Below the pieces are notes generated by a model that did not search any database, had not been told where the DNA came from, and worked only from the letters and a program-made list of their open reading frames with translations. DNA of 60,994 nt from Thermoplasmata archaeon (GTDB lineage: Archaea; Thermoplasmatota; Thermoplasmata; Lutacidiplasmatales; UBA184): the NCBI GenBank assembly GCA_033854115.1, contig JAWOKS010000020.1, forward strand, positions 1 to 60,994. Reading direction: 5' to 3'. A program made the translations under genes and the position numbers. Shown here in pieces: positions 1 to 9,537 of this stretch. Numbering within the stretch: the stretch's first letter is position 1; each line of letters starts with the position of its first letter.

Positions 1-388
1 AGAGCACACTGAGGGGATCGCTGCCGCTAAGGCAGAGGAAGGAGAGGTCTACGGTAGGTCCGTATGCCCCGAATCTCCCGGGCAACACGCGCGCTACAAA
101 GGTGGGGACAATGGGATCCGACCCCGAAAGGGGAAGGCAATCCTGAAACCCCATCGTAGTCTGGATTGAGGGCTGTAACTCGCCCTCATGAAAATGGATT
201 CCGTAGTAATCGCGGGTCAACATCCCGCGGTGAATGTGCCCCTGCTCTTTGCACACACCGCCCGTCAAGTCATCCGAGTTGGGTCGGAGTGAGGGTGGCT
301 CATCCGGGTCGCTCGAACTTCGGTTCAGCAAGGGGGACTAAGTCGTAACAAGGTATCTGTAGGGGAACCTGCAGATGGATCACCTCCT
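1..388 (+). rRNA. rrs: 16S rRNA, 3' part (5' end outside window)
   Basis: Universal SSU motifs TTGCACACACCGCCCGTCA and AAGTCGTAACAAGGTA; terminal GGATCACCTCCT (anti-SD) at 377-388; archaeal-type sequence. Confidence 0.98.
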
Positions 389-472
389 AGGGGCGCCCGC
401 TCTGCGGGCCGGCCCCGGGTCGAAGGTCCGACCGATCGGCGGCGTGCGCGCGCTCGTCTCTCCTCGTCCTCC

Positions 473-492
473 TGGGTCATCAACCCATTTTT
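473..492 (+). terminator. Candidate terminator after 16S rRNA
   Basis: TGGGT-CATCA-ACCCA hairpin followed by TTTTT, within a pyrimidine-rich tract. Confidence 0.4.
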
Positions 493-537
493 GAGTAGCT
501 ACACTTTCCTTATCTCCTCGCGGTCGCTCGTCCCGTC

Positions 538-1266
538 GTGCTCGGCAAGGAGGTCCCCCGCGGGGTCCCGCCCGCGCTCGCCCCGGCCGCCTCCGCGCTC
601 GCCGCGGGCGAGCCGATCCTCCTCTTCGACGCGGTCGAGCGCGAGGCGGAGACCGATCTCGTCTTCCTCTCGGAGCTTGCGACCCCCGAGCTCGTGCGCC
701 TCGCGCGGCGCGAGGCGGGCGGGCTCATCTGCACCGCGATCCCGGACGAGCTCCGCCGCCGGCTCGACCTCCCGTTCTACGCGGAGCTCCTCGCGCTCGC
801 GAGCCGCACCTATCCGAACGTCGCCGGGCTGGCCGAGGCGCCGCGCTACGACCACCGCAGCTCGTTCGGCCTCACCGTGAACCACCGCTCGAACTTCACC
901 GGCGTGCCCGACAACGACCGGGCGACGACGATCCGCGCGCTCGGCGAGCTGGCGGCCGCCGCCCCCCGGCTCTCCGACGAGGAGCTCGGCGCACGGTTTC
1001 GCGCGTCGTTCGTCTCGCCGGGCCACGTGCCGCTCCTCTACGCCGCTCGCGGTCTCCTCGGCGAGCGAAAGGGCCATACGGAGCTCGCCGTCTCGCTTGC
1101 CCGGATGGCGGGCCTCTCGGAGTCGGCGACCGTCTGCGAGATGCTCGGCGACTCCGGAGGGGCGCGGGCGCCCGAGGCGGCCCGCGCGTTCGCGGAGGCG
1201 CACGGCTGGCCGTTCCTCGAGGGGCGCGCGATCGTCCAGGCGTGGAAGGCATGGTCGTCCGCGTGA
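538..1266 (+). CDS. ribB: 3,4-dihydroxy-2-butanone-4-phosphate synthase
   Basis: REAETDLV, GGLIC, SSFGLTVNH, TGVPDNDRATTI, PGHVPLL, RKGHTE, CEML motifs; first gene of riboflavin cluster. Confidence 0.93.
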   Translation: MLGKEVPRGVPPALAPAASALAAGEPILLFDAVEREAETDLVFLSELATPELVRLARREAGGLICTAIPDELRRRLDLPFYAELLALASRTYPNVAGLAEAPRYDHRSSFGLTVNHRSNFTGVPDNDRATTIRALGELAAAAPRLSDEELGARFRASFVSPGHVPLLYAARGLLGERKGHTELAVSLARMAGLSESATVCEMLGDSGGARAPEAARAFAEAHGWPFLEGRAIVQAWKAWSSA

Positions 1267-1694
1267 TGGCGACGGGGGTCTTCGACCTCCTCCACCCCGG
1301 CCACCTCTACTTCCTCACCGAGGCGAAGCGCCTCGGCGACGAGCTGGTCGTCGTGGTCGCGCGCGACCAGACGGCGCGGCGCCTGAAGCACGAGCCGTAC
1401 GTGCCCGAGCACGTCCGGCGCGAGATGGTCGAGGCGCTGAAGCCGGTCGATCGGGCGATCCTCGGCTCGACGACCGACATCTACGAGACCGTGGTGCGCG
1501 AGCGTCCCCAGGTGATCGCGCTCGGCTACGACCAGCTCTGGAACGAGAAGGAGGTCGAGGCGGAGTGCGCGCGACGCGGCGTCCCCGTGAAGGTCGTCCG
1601 GATCGGCTCGCTCCCCCACAACGAGCTCGCGACGCGACGCATCGTCGACAAGATCCTCGCGCGCGGGCCGCCGGGCGCGGAGGCGCGGCCGTGA
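1251..1694 (+). CDS. ribL: Archaeal FAD synthetase (cytidylyltransferase family)
   Basis: ATGVFDLLHPGH (HxGH), VVVARD, IALGYDQ; located in rib cluster. Confidence 0.9.
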   Translation: MVVRVMATGVFDLLHPGHLYFLTEAKRLGDELVVVVARDQTARRLKHEPYVPEHVRREMVEALKPVDRAILGSTTDIYETVVRERPQVIALGYDQLWNEKEVEAECARRGVPVKVVRIGSLPHNELATRRIVDKILARGPPGAEARP

Positions 1695-2164
1695 AGCGGA
1701 TCGGTCTCGCCGACACCACGTTCGCGCGCGTGGACCTCGGCCGCTATGCCGCGCGCGCCCTCGCGGGCGCCGGCACCGGCTTCCGCCTCGTGCGGCGGAC
1801 GGTCCCCGGGATCAAGGACCTCCCCGTCGCCTGCCGCCAGCTGTTCGGCCAGGACGGGGTCGACCTCTGCCTCGCCCTCGGGATGCCCGGGCGCGCGGAG
1901 TACGACAAGACCTGCGCGCACGAGGCGTCGCTCGGGCTCCTGTTCACGGCCGTGCTCGAGGCGAAGCCGGTCGTCGAATGCTTCGTCTTCGAGTCCGAGG
2001 CGCGGGACGACCGCGAGCTCGAGGAGCTCGGGCGTCGCCGCGCCGAGGAGCACGCGCTCAACGCCTACGCCCTCCTCTTCCGCCCCGAGGACCTCGCCCG
2101 GCGCGCCGGCGAGGGCCTCCGCCAGGGGTTCCCCGACGCGGGCCCGGCCCGCCGGACGCGCTGA
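1691..2164 (+). CDS. ribC: Archaeal-type riboflavin synthase
   Basis: KRIGLADTTFARVDLG, RRTVPGIKDLPVAC, ALGMPG, CAHEAS, AGEGLRQG; GTGA overlap with ribL. Confidence 0.93.
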   Translation: MKRIGLADTTFARVDLGRYAARALAGAGTGFRLVRRTVPGIKDLPVACRQLFGQDGVDLCLALGMPGRAEYDKTCAHEASLGLLFTAVLEAKPVVECFVFESEARDDRELEELGRRRAEEHALNAYALLFRPEDLARRAGEGLRQGFPDAGPARRTR

Positions 2165-2192
2165 CGAGCCAGAGGTTCACGAGGTACCATCG

Positions 2193-2657
2193 ATGCCGCC
2201 ACGGACGGAAAGGACGGGAGCGCAGGGACGGACGCGGATCGCGATCGCGGTGAGCGAGTTCAACTTCGACGTGACGCTCCTCATGCTGGAGCGCGCGAAG
2301 GAGGAGATCGCGTTCCTCGGGGCGGGCCTCGGGCCGGTCGTGAAGACCCCGGGGGTCTTCGACCTCCCGCTCGCGACGAAGGCGCTCCTCGGCCGGAGCG
2401 ACGTCGATGCGGTCGTCGCGCTCGGGGCGGTCATCGAGGGCGAGACGCAGCACGACGAGGTCGTGATGCAGCAGGCCACGCGGAAGCTCGAGGACCTCGC
2501 CGTCGACACGGGAAAGCCCGTCGGCCTCGGCATCTCGGGGCCGGGCGAGACGCGGCTCCAGGCCCAGGACCGGATCGAGAACGCGGCGAACGCGGTGCGC
2601 GCGGCCGTGAAGATGGTCCAGCGGCTCCGCGAGATCGGCCGGAACGGGCCCCCCTGA
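2193..2657 (+). CDS. ribH: 6,7-dimethyl-8-ribityllumazine synthase
   Basis: IAVSEFN, PGVFDLP, LGAVIEGETQHD, KPVGLGISGPG. Confidence 0.93.
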   Translation: MPPRTERTGAQGRTRIAIAVSEFNFDVTLLMLERAKEEIAFLGAGLGPVVKTPGVFDLPLATKALLGRSDVDAVVALGAVIEGETQHDEVVMQQATRKLEDLAVDTGKPVGLGISGPGETRLQAQDRIENAANAVRAAVKMVQRLREIGRNGPP

Positions 2658-2727
2658 GCCTCTCCGTCGTGGACGACGGGCCGACCGTTCCCTCGCCCGC
2701 GCACGTCGCCCGGGCGGCCGCCGCGGC

Positions 2728-3087
2728 TTAAAGGCCGAGCCGAGGTCGCACGTAGTCGAACGCGACCTTGCCCTTCGAGGTGTGGGGGGTCACGGTCACG
2801 GAGCCCGGGGGCGGGGGATCCGCGCGGGATCGTGCCCGAAGGGCGGACTCGAGCCGGTCGCGGCCGACCTCGACCGTCACGTCGGGCGACGGCGCCGCTC
2901 CCGGCACGACGCTCGCGCGCCCGTCCCGGTCGACGACGAGGCTCGCGACGTCCTGGTCCGTCCGGAAGACCCAGGTCTGGGGAAGGTAGGCCCGCAGGAT
3001 CCCGCCGAGGAACCCTTCGAGCCGCCGGCGGACCTCCGATTCGATGTCGTGCGCGACCGAGGAGAGCAGTTCGGCGGTGGTGGCCAT
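2728..3087 (-). CDS. Hypothetical protein, possibly SCP2-like sterol-carrier fold
   Basis: GGGAGG before ATG 3087; pattern WVFRTD..ASLVVDRDG..VVPG..PDVTVEV resembles SCP2 domains. Confidence 0.55.
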   Translation of the reverse strand: MATTAELLSSVAHDIESEVRRRLEGFLGGILRAYLPQTWVFRTDQDVASLVVDRDGRASVVPGAAPSPDVTVEVGRDRLESALRARSRADPPPPGSVTVTPHTSKGKVAFDYVRPRLGL

Positions 3088-3183
3088 CGTTGCCTCCCAC
3101 GGCCCGGGGGAGATGAGGGCTTCGCGCGGGGGTCTGCGGCTCCGCCTCACGGTCTCCCCAACCGTTAAGGGTCTCCCTCCCTC

Positions 3184-3945
3184 GTGACGTTGGTGCTGCC
3201 CGCGATGGTCCGGCGCGAGCTCTACGAGGAGCTCCCCTCGACCCAGGACCGGGCGCTCGCGCTCGCCCGGGCCGGGGCGGAGGAAGGGACGCGGGTCGTG
3301 GCGCGTTCTCAGAGCCGGGGCCGCGGCCGCTCCGATCACCGCTGGAGCTCGCCCCGCGGCGGGCTCTACCTTTCGGTCGTCCTACGGCCCGCGGGGCCGC
3401 CGCTCCCCCTCTTCCCGCTCGCGTTCGGCGCGGAGGTGGCGGTCGAGCTCGCCCGGACGTATGGTGCGTCGGTCCGCCTGAAGTGGCCGAACGATCTCGT
3501 GGCGTTCGGTCCGGACCAGCGGGCGCGCAAGCTCGCCGGGATCCTGGTCGACGCCGTCGCCGGCCCGTCGGGCGCGCGCGCGGTCGTCGCCGGGATCGGG
3601 GTGAACGTTCGCCTCGCCGAAGGGGAGCTTGCGGACGAGGTGCGCGCTTCCGCCGTCTCCCTCGAGGAGCTCGTGGGCCGGCCCGTCCCGCTCGACGGGC
3701 TCGAGACGAGGATGGTCGACGCCGCGGTCCGCGCCCGGCGGGCGCTCGCCGAACCGCGCGCGGGCTCTACGGTCGTCGAGCGGTGCCGCCGTCTCCTCTT
3801 CGGGGTCGGCGAGCCGGTCCTCGTGGACGGCCGCTCGGCCGGTCGCATCGTCGGGCTGGCCGATGACGGCGCGCTCCTCGTTGGGACGAACGGCCTCGTC
3901 CACGCGGTCGTCGCGGGGGACGTGCGCGTCGGGAGCTTCGGATGA
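3184..3945 (+). CDS. birA: Biotin--protein ligase
   Basis: STQD, QSRGRGR..RWSSPRGGLYLS, LKWPND, KLAGIL, GIGVN; exact start uncertain (GTG 3184 or ATG 3205). Confidence 0.93.
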   Translation: MTLVLPAMVRRELYEELPSTQDRALALARAGAEEGTRVVARSQSRGRGRSDHRWSSPRGGLYLSVVLRPAGPPLPLFPLAFGAEVAVELARTYGASVRLKWPNDLVAFGPDQRARKLAGILVDAVAGPSGARAVVAGIGVNVRLAEGELADEVRASAVSLEELVGRPVPLDGLETRMVDAAVRARRALAEPRAGSTVVERCRRLLFGVGEPVLVDGRSAGRIVGLADDGALLVGTNGLVHAVVAGDVRVGSFG

Positions 3946-5492
3946 GCGAGCGGTTCGACCGCTGGAACGTGCTGCGCCGCCAGTCGCGGGAGGGTGGCGG
4001 CGCGGACCGCCAGAAGCGGCAGCAGGCGGCGGGGAAGCTCCTCGCGCGCGAACGCCTGGAGGCGTTCTTCGACCCCGGGACGTTCACCGAGATCGATCCG
4101 TTCGTCGTGCACCGCGTCGAGAAGTTCGGCCTCGCCGAGCGGCGGATCCCGGGCGACGGGGTCGTCACCGGCTGGGGCGAGGTCGACGGCCGGCCGGCGT
4201 GCGCGTTCGCGCAGGACGCGACGGTCTTCGGCGGCGCGCTCGGGGAGGCGCACGCCGAGAAGATCGTGAAGATCATGGACACGGCCCGCCGCGCCGGCGT
4301 CCCGATCGTCGGGCTCGACGACTCGGGCGGGGCGCGGATCCAGGAGGGGGTGATGAGCCTCGCCGGCTACGGTGACGTGTTCTACCGCAACGTTCTCCTC
4401 TCGGGCGTCGTCCCCCAGATCTCGCTCATCCTCGGGCCGTGCGCGGGCGGGGCGGTGTACTCTCCGGCGATCACCGATCTCGTTGTGATGGCGAAGCCGG
4501 CCGCCCAGATGTTCATCACCGGTCCGGACGTGGTCCGTGCGGTGACGGGCGAGGACGTCACGATGGAGGCGCTCGGAGGCGCGGACGCGCACGCCGAGCG
4601 CTCCGGGGTCTCCCACTTCACGGTCGGGAGCGACCGGGCGGCGATCGACCTCGCCCGGCGCCTGCTCGGCTACCTTCCCCTCAACAACCTCGAGGAGCCT
4701 CCGCTCGCCGAGCCGCTCGACCCGCCGGACGGCGCGGCCGCCGAGCTCGTCCGGATCGTGCCGGACTCGTCCGAGGTGCCGTACGACGTCCTCGGGGTCA
4801 TCGAGCGCCTGGTCGACCGGGGCTCGTTCCTCGAGGTGCACGCGGCGTGGGCGACGAACCTCCGGGTCGGGTTCGCGCGCCTCGAGGGCCGGCCGGTCGG
4901 GGTCGTCGCGAACAATCCGGCGGTCGCCGCCGGGACGCTCGACATCAACGCCTCCGTAAAGGGCGCCCGCTTCGTCCGCCTCTGCGACGCGTTCAACCTG
5001 CCGCTCGTCACGCTCGTCGACGTTCCCGGCTTCCTCCCCGGGACGGCGCAGGAGCACGGCGGGATCATCCGCCACGGGGCGAAGCTCCTCTACGCCTACG
5101 CGGAGGCGACGGTGCCGCTGCTCACGGTGATCCTCCGCAAGGCCTACGGGGGGGCCTACGACGTCATGTGCTCGAAGCACCTCGGCGGCGACCTGAACCT
5201 CGCCTGGCCCACCGCCGAGATCGCGGTCATGGGCTCGGAGGGGGCGGTCCGGATCCTCTACCGCCGCGAGCTCGAGGCCGCGCCGGCCGAGGGTCGGGAG
5301 GCGCTCCGCACCCGCCTCGCCTCGGAGTACGCGCGCGAGTTCCTGAACCCGTACCTCGCGGCCGAGCGCGGCTACATCGACGACGTGATCGATCCCGCGG
5401 AGACGCGGACGCGGCTCGTCGCCGGGCTCCGTCTGTTCACGGGCAAGCGCGACGACCGCCCCGCCCGGAAGCACGGGAACCTCCCGCTGTAG
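3942..5492 (+). CDS. Acyl-CoA carboxyltransferase (PccB/MmdA/transcarboxylase 12S family)
   Basis: GDGVVTGWG, DSGGARIQEG, GPCAGGAVYSPA, DVPGFLPG, RKAYGGAY, RKHGNLPL. Confidence 0.95.
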   Translation: MSERFDRWNVLRRQSREGGGADRQKRQQAAGKLLARERLEAFFDPGTFTEIDPFVVHRVEKFGLAERRIPGDGVVTGWGEVDGRPACAFAQDATVFGGALGEAHAEKIVKIMDTARRAGVPIVGLDDSGGARIQEGVMSLAGYGDVFYRNVLLSGVVPQISLILGPCAGGAVYSPAITDLVVMAKPAAQMFITGPDVVRAVTGEDVTMEALGGADAHAERSGVSHFTVGSDRAAIDLARRLLGYLPLNNLEEPPLAEPLDPPDGAAAELVRIVPDSSEVPYDVLGVIERLVDRGSFLEVHAAWATNLRVGFARLEGRPVGVVANNPAVAAGTLDINASVKGARFVRLCDAFNLPLVTLVDVPGFLPGTAQEHGGIIRHGAKLLYAYAEATVPLLTVILRKAYGGAYDVMCSKHLGGDLNLAWPTAEIAVMGSEGAVRILYRRELEAAPAEGREALRTRLASEYAREFLNPYLAAERGYIDDVIDPAETRTRLVAGLRLFTGKRDDRPARKHGNLPL

Positions 5493-5511
5493 GGGCGCAC
5501 GAGGGGCTCCG

Positions 5512-7038
5512 ATGGTCGGGCTCACCGAGACGGTCCTGCGCGACGGCCACCAGTCGCTCATCGCGACCCGGATGCGCACGCGCGACATGCTGCCGGCCGC
5601 CGAGCGCCTCGACGCGGTCGGCTACCGCTCGCTCGAGGTCTGGGGGGGAGCCACGTTCGACGTCTGCCTGCGCTTCCTCCGCGAGGACCCCTGGGAACGG
5701 CTCCGCGCGCTGAAGCGCGCGATGCCGAACACCCCGCTCCAGATGCTCCTGCGCGGGCAGAACCTGGTCGGCTACCGTCACTACCCGGACGACGTCGTCC
5801 GGGCGTTCGTCGCCGAGGCGGCCCGCCAGGGGATCACGATCTTCCGCGTCTTCGACGCGCTCAACGACCCGCGCAACATGGAGGTCGCGCTCGCCGCGGT
5901 GAAGAAGGCCGGGGCGCGGGCTCAGGGGACGATCTGCTACACGAGCTCGCCCGTCCACACGCTCGAAGCGTTCGTCGGCCTCGGCCGCCGCCTCGCCGAG
6001 CTCGGCGCGGACGAGCTCTGCGTGAAGGACATGGGCGGGTTCCTGCCTCCCAAGGAGGCGGCGGCGCTCGTCGGCGCGTTGCGCCGCGAGGTCGGCCTTC
6101 CCGTCGTCGTGCACACGCATTCGGCGAGCGGGCTCTCGACGCTCACGTGCCTCGCTGCGGTCGACGCCGGTGCGGAGGCGGTCGACGGGGCGCTGAGCCC
6201 CTTCGCAGGCGGGGCGAGCCAGCCGCCGACCGAGACGCTCGTCGCGGCCCTTCGCGGGGGCCCCGCCGACCCCCGGCTCGATCTCGGCGCCCTCGCCGAG
6301 CTCTCCGCCTACTTCCGGACCGTGCTCGAGCACTACCGGCCGCTCCTCGACATCCGCTCGCTGCAGACCGACCCGGGGATCCTCACGCACCAGATCCCGG
6401 GCGGGATGCTCTCGAACCTCCTCTCCCAGTTGCGCGAACAGGAGGCGCTCGGTCGCCTCGCCGAGGTCCTCGCCGAGGTCCCCCGCGTGCGGGCGGACCT
6501 CGGCTACCCGCCGCTCGTGACCCCGACGAGCCAGATCGTGGGGATCCAAGCGGTGATCAACGTGCTCTCGGGCCGGCGCTACGGCACGATCACCCAGGAG
6601 GTCCGCGAGTACGTCCGCGGGCTCTACGGCGCGCCTCCCGGCGGGCTCGAGCCCGAGCTCGTCGCGCGGGTGACGCGCGAGGCCCCGGCGATCACGGGAC
6701 GGCCGGCCGACCTCCTCGCCCCCGAGCTCGAGGCGAAGCTCGCCGAGGTCCGGGCGCTCGTGCCGGCGGCCGACACCGCGGAAGCGCTCTCCTACGCGCT
6801 CTTCCCGGCCGTCTACCGGGCCTTCCGCGCGAGCGTTGACCAGGGTCTGACCCCCGACGTCCTCACCTCCGCCGCGCTCGGCGTCCTCGGCGCCTTGCGG
6901 GCCGAACGCCCCCCGCCCCCGGCCCGGCCGGCGGAGCACGTGCGGAGCGCGCCGAGCCTCTGGGCCCACGAGGGCCGGGTCCGCCTGCAAACCCAGGGGG
7001 GTGGGGTCCGTGCGGCTCACGGTCGAGCTCGACGGTAG
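5512..7038 (+). CDS. Pyruvate/oxaloacetate carboxyltransferase (PycB/OadA/transcarboxylase 5S family), no fused biotinyl domain
   Basis: LRDGHQSLIATRM, WGGATFD, QMLLRGQNLVGY, FRVFDALND, KDMGG, HTH, PGGMLSN, PLVTPTSQIVG. Confidence 0.93.
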   Translation: MVGLTETVLRDGHQSLIATRMRTRDMLPAAERLDAVGYRSLEVWGGATFDVCLRFLREDPWERLRALKRAMPNTPLQMLLRGQNLVGYRHYPDDVVRAFVAEAARQGITIFRVFDALNDPRNMEVALAAVKKAGARAQGTICYTSSPVHTLEAFVGLGRRLAELGADELCVKDMGGFLPPKEAAALVGALRREVGLPVVVHTHSASGLSTLTCLAAVDAGAEAVDGALSPFAGGASQPPTETLVAALRGGPADPRLDLGALAELSAYFRTVLEHYRPLLDIRSLQTDPGILTHQIPGGMLSNLLSQLREQEALGRLAEVLAEVPRVRADLGYPPLVTPTSQIVGIQAVINVLSGRRYGTITQEVREYVRGLYGAPPGGLEPELVARVTREAPAITGRPADLLAPELEAKLAEVRALVPAADTAEALSYALFPAVYRAFRASVDQGLTPDVLTSAALGVLGALRAERPPPPARPAEHVRSAPSLWAHEGRVRLQTQGGGVRAAHGRARR

Positions 7039-7573
7039 GCCGGCCGAGGTCGAGGTCGCGGGCGACCTCGCGAGCGTACGCCTCGGTGGCCGTTCCTACC
7101 CGGTCCGCGTCGTCGAGCGCCGCCCGACGCGGCTCGTCCTCGAGATCGCGGGCGAGACCGTCACGGTCGACGGCTGGCCCGAGGGGCTCACGGCCCCGCC
7201 CGGCCCGCTCGACGTGAACGGCGAGCGGCACCGGGTCGTCGTGACCGTCGTCGAGCCCGGGGTCCTCCACCCCGCCTCGCCCTCCATCGCCGGCGGCCCC
7301 GCGCCGGCCGAGGCCGCGGCCCCTCCGGTCCCGGCCGCGCCGGTGCGGCCCGGGGCCGTTGCCATCCTCCCGCCGATGCCCGGTCGCGTGGTCGCGGTCA
7401 AGGTCCGGGAGGGGGACCGGGTGCACCAGGGCGACCTCCTGGTCGTCCTCGAGGCGATGAAGATGCGGAACGAGGTGACGGCGCCGATCGACGGGGTCGT
7501 CCACGACGTGCGCGTGCGCGAGGGATCGAACGTCCGGGCCCGCGAGGCGATGCTCACCGTCGCGCCCGCGTAG
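7001..7573 (+). CDS. Biotin carboxyl carrier protein
   Basis: PMPGRVVAVKV..GDRV..GD.LVVLEAMKM.NEV; Pro/Ala-rich linker. Confidence 0.93.
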   Translation: MGSVRLTVELDGRPAEVEVAGDLASVRLGGRSYPVRVVERRPTRLVLEIAGETVTVDGWPEGLTAPPGPLDVNGERHRVVVTVVEPGVLHPASPSIAGGPAPAEAAAPPVPAAPVRPGAVAILPPMPGRVVAVKVREGDRVHQGDLLVVLEAMKMRNEVTAPIDGVVHDVRVREGSNVRAREAMLTVAPA

Positions 7574-7582
7574 GCGCCCTCC

Positions 7583-7933
7583 CTAGGCAAGGCGCACGGC
7601 CGGGTGGCCGCACGCCGAGCAGCGGACCGCGTCCGGCGGGAGGTCGGCGGCGCAGTAGATGCAGAAACCGATCGCGGGCTCGCCCGACCCCGGCTTTGCC
7701 GCCGGGCCCGCCGGGGCTCCGGGAGCGAGCGGGGTCGCGGACCCGCTCGCGGGGGTCGGCACCCCCACCGGCGGGGAGCCCGCGGCGAGCCAGGCGAGCG
7801 ACGTGCCGACGACGATCCATCCGAGGAAGCCGTAGAGCGCGTAGGTCGAGTACTGGGGGAGCTCGAACCAGACGAACAGCGCCGCCGCGGCGACCGCGAC
7901 GTTGACGAGCGAGAGCGCGAGGCGGCGTTGCAT
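7583..7933 (-). CDS. Small membrane protein with C-terminal zinc ribbon
   Basis: GGAGGG RBS; two hydrophobic segments, Pro-rich linker, CIYC...CSACG. Confidence 0.7.
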   Translation of the reverse strand: MQRRLALSLVNVAVAAAALFVWFELPQYSTYALYGFLGWIVVGTSLAWLAAGSPPVGVPTPASGSATPLAPGAPAGPAAKPGSGEPAIGFCIYCAADLPPDAVRCSACGHPAVRLA

Positions 7934-8048
7934 GCCCCCCTCCCACCCGTACGAGGGGCCGAACCCTACTTCTCGGTTGTTCCCGGCCGTGCCGGACGCT
8001 GGCCCCGGCGCCCGTTGCCTTTTTAGTCCGGAACGCTCGCGACCGCCC

Positions 8049-9500
8049 GTGACGCGGATCCCGGCGCTCGTCGCGCTCGACGAGTTCACCTACGAGATCC
8101 CTCGGGACGAGGTGCCGGGAATGCATGTTCCCGGCCGCCTGTTCTCGAACCGGGCGCTGCTCGAGGGGGTCCAGGGGGACCCGTCGCTCGTCCAGCTCGC
8201 GAACGTGGCGACGCTCCCCGGGATCGAGCGCCACGCGCTCGCGATGCCGGACATCCACTTCGGCTACGGCTTCCCGGTCGGAGGGGTCGCGGCGTTCGAC
8301 CTCCGGGAGGGGGTCGTCTCGCCCGGGGGGATCGGCTACGACATCAACTGCGGGGTCCGCCTGCTCCGCACCCGGCTCACGGTCGAGGAGGTCCGGCCCC
8401 GTCTCGCGGAGCTGACCGAGCGGCTCTACCGCGAGGTCCCGAGCGGGGTCGGCTCCCGGGGCGGCCGGGCCCTCTCCGCCTCCGAGGTCGACGAGGTGCT
8501 CGCCGGGGGGGCCGCGTGGGCGGTGAAGGAGGGTCACGGCCGCCCCGAGGACCTCGGGTTCCAGGAGGAGGGGGGACGGCTCGCGGGGGCCGCGCCGTCG
8601 GAGGTCTCCGACATGGCCCGGAAGCGCGGGCTGCGCCAGCTCGGCACCCTCGGCTCGGGGAACCACTTCCTCGAGATCCAGGCGGTCGACGAGCTCTTCT
8701 ATCCCGAGTTCGCGCGCGTGCTCGGCCTCGCGCGCGACGGGGTCGTCGTCATGCTCCACACCGGCTCGCGCGGGCTCGGCCACCAGGTCGCGACCGACTT
8801 CATCCGCCGGATGGACGAGCGCCTCCTCGCGGAAGGAACGACGCTCGTCGACCGCCAGCTCTCGTGCGCGCCCGTCGCCTCCGACGACGGCCAGCGGTAC
8901 CTCGGCGCGATGGCGGCGGCCGCGAACTTCGCCTGGGCGAACCGCCAGCTGATCACGGAGGGGGTGCGGCGGGGGTTCGCGGGCGTCTTCGGGCGCCCGG
9001 CGGAGGAGCTCGGGATCGAGGTCGTCTACGACATCGCGCACAACATCGCGAAGGTCGAGACCCACCGGACCGATGGCGCCGCGAAGCCGGTGCTCGTCCA
9101 CCGCAAGGGCGCGACGCGCGCGTTCCCCGAGGGCCGGGAGGAGGTGCCCGCCCCCTACCGCTCGTTCGGCCAGCCGGTCCTCATCCCCGGGGACATGGGG
9201 ACCGCGAGCTACGTCCTCGCCGGCCTTCCCGGGGCGATGGACCGCTCGTTCGGCTCGTCCTGCCACGGGGCGGGCCGCCGCCTCAGCCGGCACGCGGCCG
9301 TCCGCGCGTTCCGGTTCGACGAGGTCACGCGCCGCCTCGCCGAGAAGGGGATCGTCGTCCGGTCGGCCTCCCGCGAGGGGGTCACCGAGGAGGCGCCGGG
9401 CGCCTACAAGGACGTGGAAGAGGTCGTGCGGGTCGCGGAGGGGGCCGGCCTCACGCGGCGGGTCGCCCGCCTCGTCCCGCTCGGCGTCGTGAAGGGCTAG
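8049..9500 (+). CDS. rtcB: tRNA-splicing ligase RtcB
   Basis: MPDIHFGYGFPVGGV, GYDINCG, GTLGSGNHFLE, HTGSRG, HRKGAT, PGDMG, HGAGR, EEAPGAYK. Confidence 0.96.
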   Translation: MTRIPALVALDEFTYEIPRDEVPGMHVPGRLFSNRALLEGVQGDPSLVQLANVATLPGIERHALAMPDIHFGYGFPVGGVAAFDLREGVVSPGGIGYDINCGVRLLRTRLTVEEVRPRLAELTERLYREVPSGVGSRGGRALSASEVDEVLAGGAAWAVKEGHGRPEDLGFQEEGGRLAGAAPSEVSDMARKRGLRQLGTLGSGNHFLEIQAVDELFYPEFARVLGLARDGVVVMLHTGSRGLGHQVATDFIRRMDERLLAEGTTLVDRQLSCAPVASDDGQRYLGAMAAAANFAWANRQLITEGVRRGFAGVFGRPAEELGIEVVYDIAHNIAKVETHRTDGAAKPVLVHRKGATRAFPEGREEVPAPYRSFGQPVLIPGDMGTASYVLAGLPGAMDRSFGSSCHGAGRRLSRHAAVRAFRFDEVTRRLAEKGIVVRSASREGVTEEAPGAYKDVEEVVRVAEGAGLTRRVARLVPLGVVKG

Positions 9501-9537
9501 CCCGCGCGGGGTCCCCCGGTCCCGGGCGTCCCCCCGG

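Noticed and set aside
166-348. 60-aa ORF
   Set aside because: It lies inside the 16S rRNA gene.
389-537. FMN riboswitch or tRNA-Ala upstream of ribB
   Set aside because: No RFN consensus or cloverleaf found.
3942-7573. Na+-pumping decarboxylase or ordinary Pcc/Pyc
   Set aside because: No membrane beta subunit or biotin carboxylase in the cluster. This is not excluded genome-wide.
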